Assembly: GCF_006345805.1 (NCBI RefSeq)
Contig: NW_021824081.1
Location: forward strand, 1 to 20,005
Reading direction: 5' to 3'
Length of the DNA: 20,005 bases
Source: Octopus sinensis
Lineage: Eukaryota
The notes beneath the pieces were generated by a model. That model was given only the letters and a program-made list of their open reading frames with translations. It did not search any database and was not told where the DNA came from. The position numbers and the translations under genes were made by a program. The stretch's first letter is position 1, and every line of letters begins with the position of its first letter. This document shows positions 19,728-20,005 of the stretch, one piece after another.

Positions 19728-20005
19728 TGATGATGATGATGATAATGATGATGATAATAGTAGTAATAATAATAATAATGATGATAATAATAATAGTAAT
19801 AGTAATAAAAATAATGATGATGATGATAATAATAATAGCAATAATAATAATAATATTTATTATTATCTTTATTTCATTTTAATTACCACTACTACTATTA
19901 ATATTGTTATTGTTGTTGTTGCTATTTTCATAATCATATTCATTACTACTAATACTACTATTATTGTTTTCATTATTATTTAGAAACAATTAATAACATC
20001 ATTGC
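18900..20005. repeat. Compound trinucleotide field (CAT/CGT/CCA, then ATT, then TAA/TGA)
   Basis: Direct reading; source of the poly-I/M/S/T ORFs. Confidence 0.95.

Noticed and set aside
824-19882. All ORFs in the supplied track as protein-coding genes
   Set aside because: Most translate microsatellites (YIYI, CVCV, poly-N/I/L/S/T) or read through SINEs; none shows a recognisable domain.
1-20005. CRISPR array, prokaryotic operon or defence system
   Set aside because: There is no repeat-spacer periodicity or gene-dense structure; the sequence is eukaryotic repeat-rich DNA.

Overview
Very AT-rich, microsatellite-saturated eukaryotic DNA, intronic or intergenic. The repeat families look like those of a coleoid cephalopod (Octopus); this is recall, not a database result. 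No protein-coding gene can be supported: the listed ORFs are translations of simple repeats, SINEs or unrecognisable unique DNA. The window holds eight copies or part-copies of one tRNA-derived SINE (family A, with an internal CA/TA microsatellite), two copies of a second SINE (family B, Meta-like core) and two SINEs with a third tRNA-like head. It also holds two probable non-LTR 3' ends embedded in (ATT)n and (GATA)n arrays. The main hidden signal is a set of short (TA)n-embedded elements from at least four sequence families that carry minimal type I hammerhead ribozyme motifs (stem I, CUGANGA-like core, stem II, GAAA, palindromic stem III, GUH), the signature of Penelope-like element (PLE) termini. 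Several (TA)n-associated elements form foldback hairpins, four of them asymmetric, and one places two hammerheads on opposite strands. Three family-A SINEs are split at their internal microsatellite by such inserts. Weaker candidates are a Merlin/ISXO2-like transposase fossil and a 21-nt microexon.
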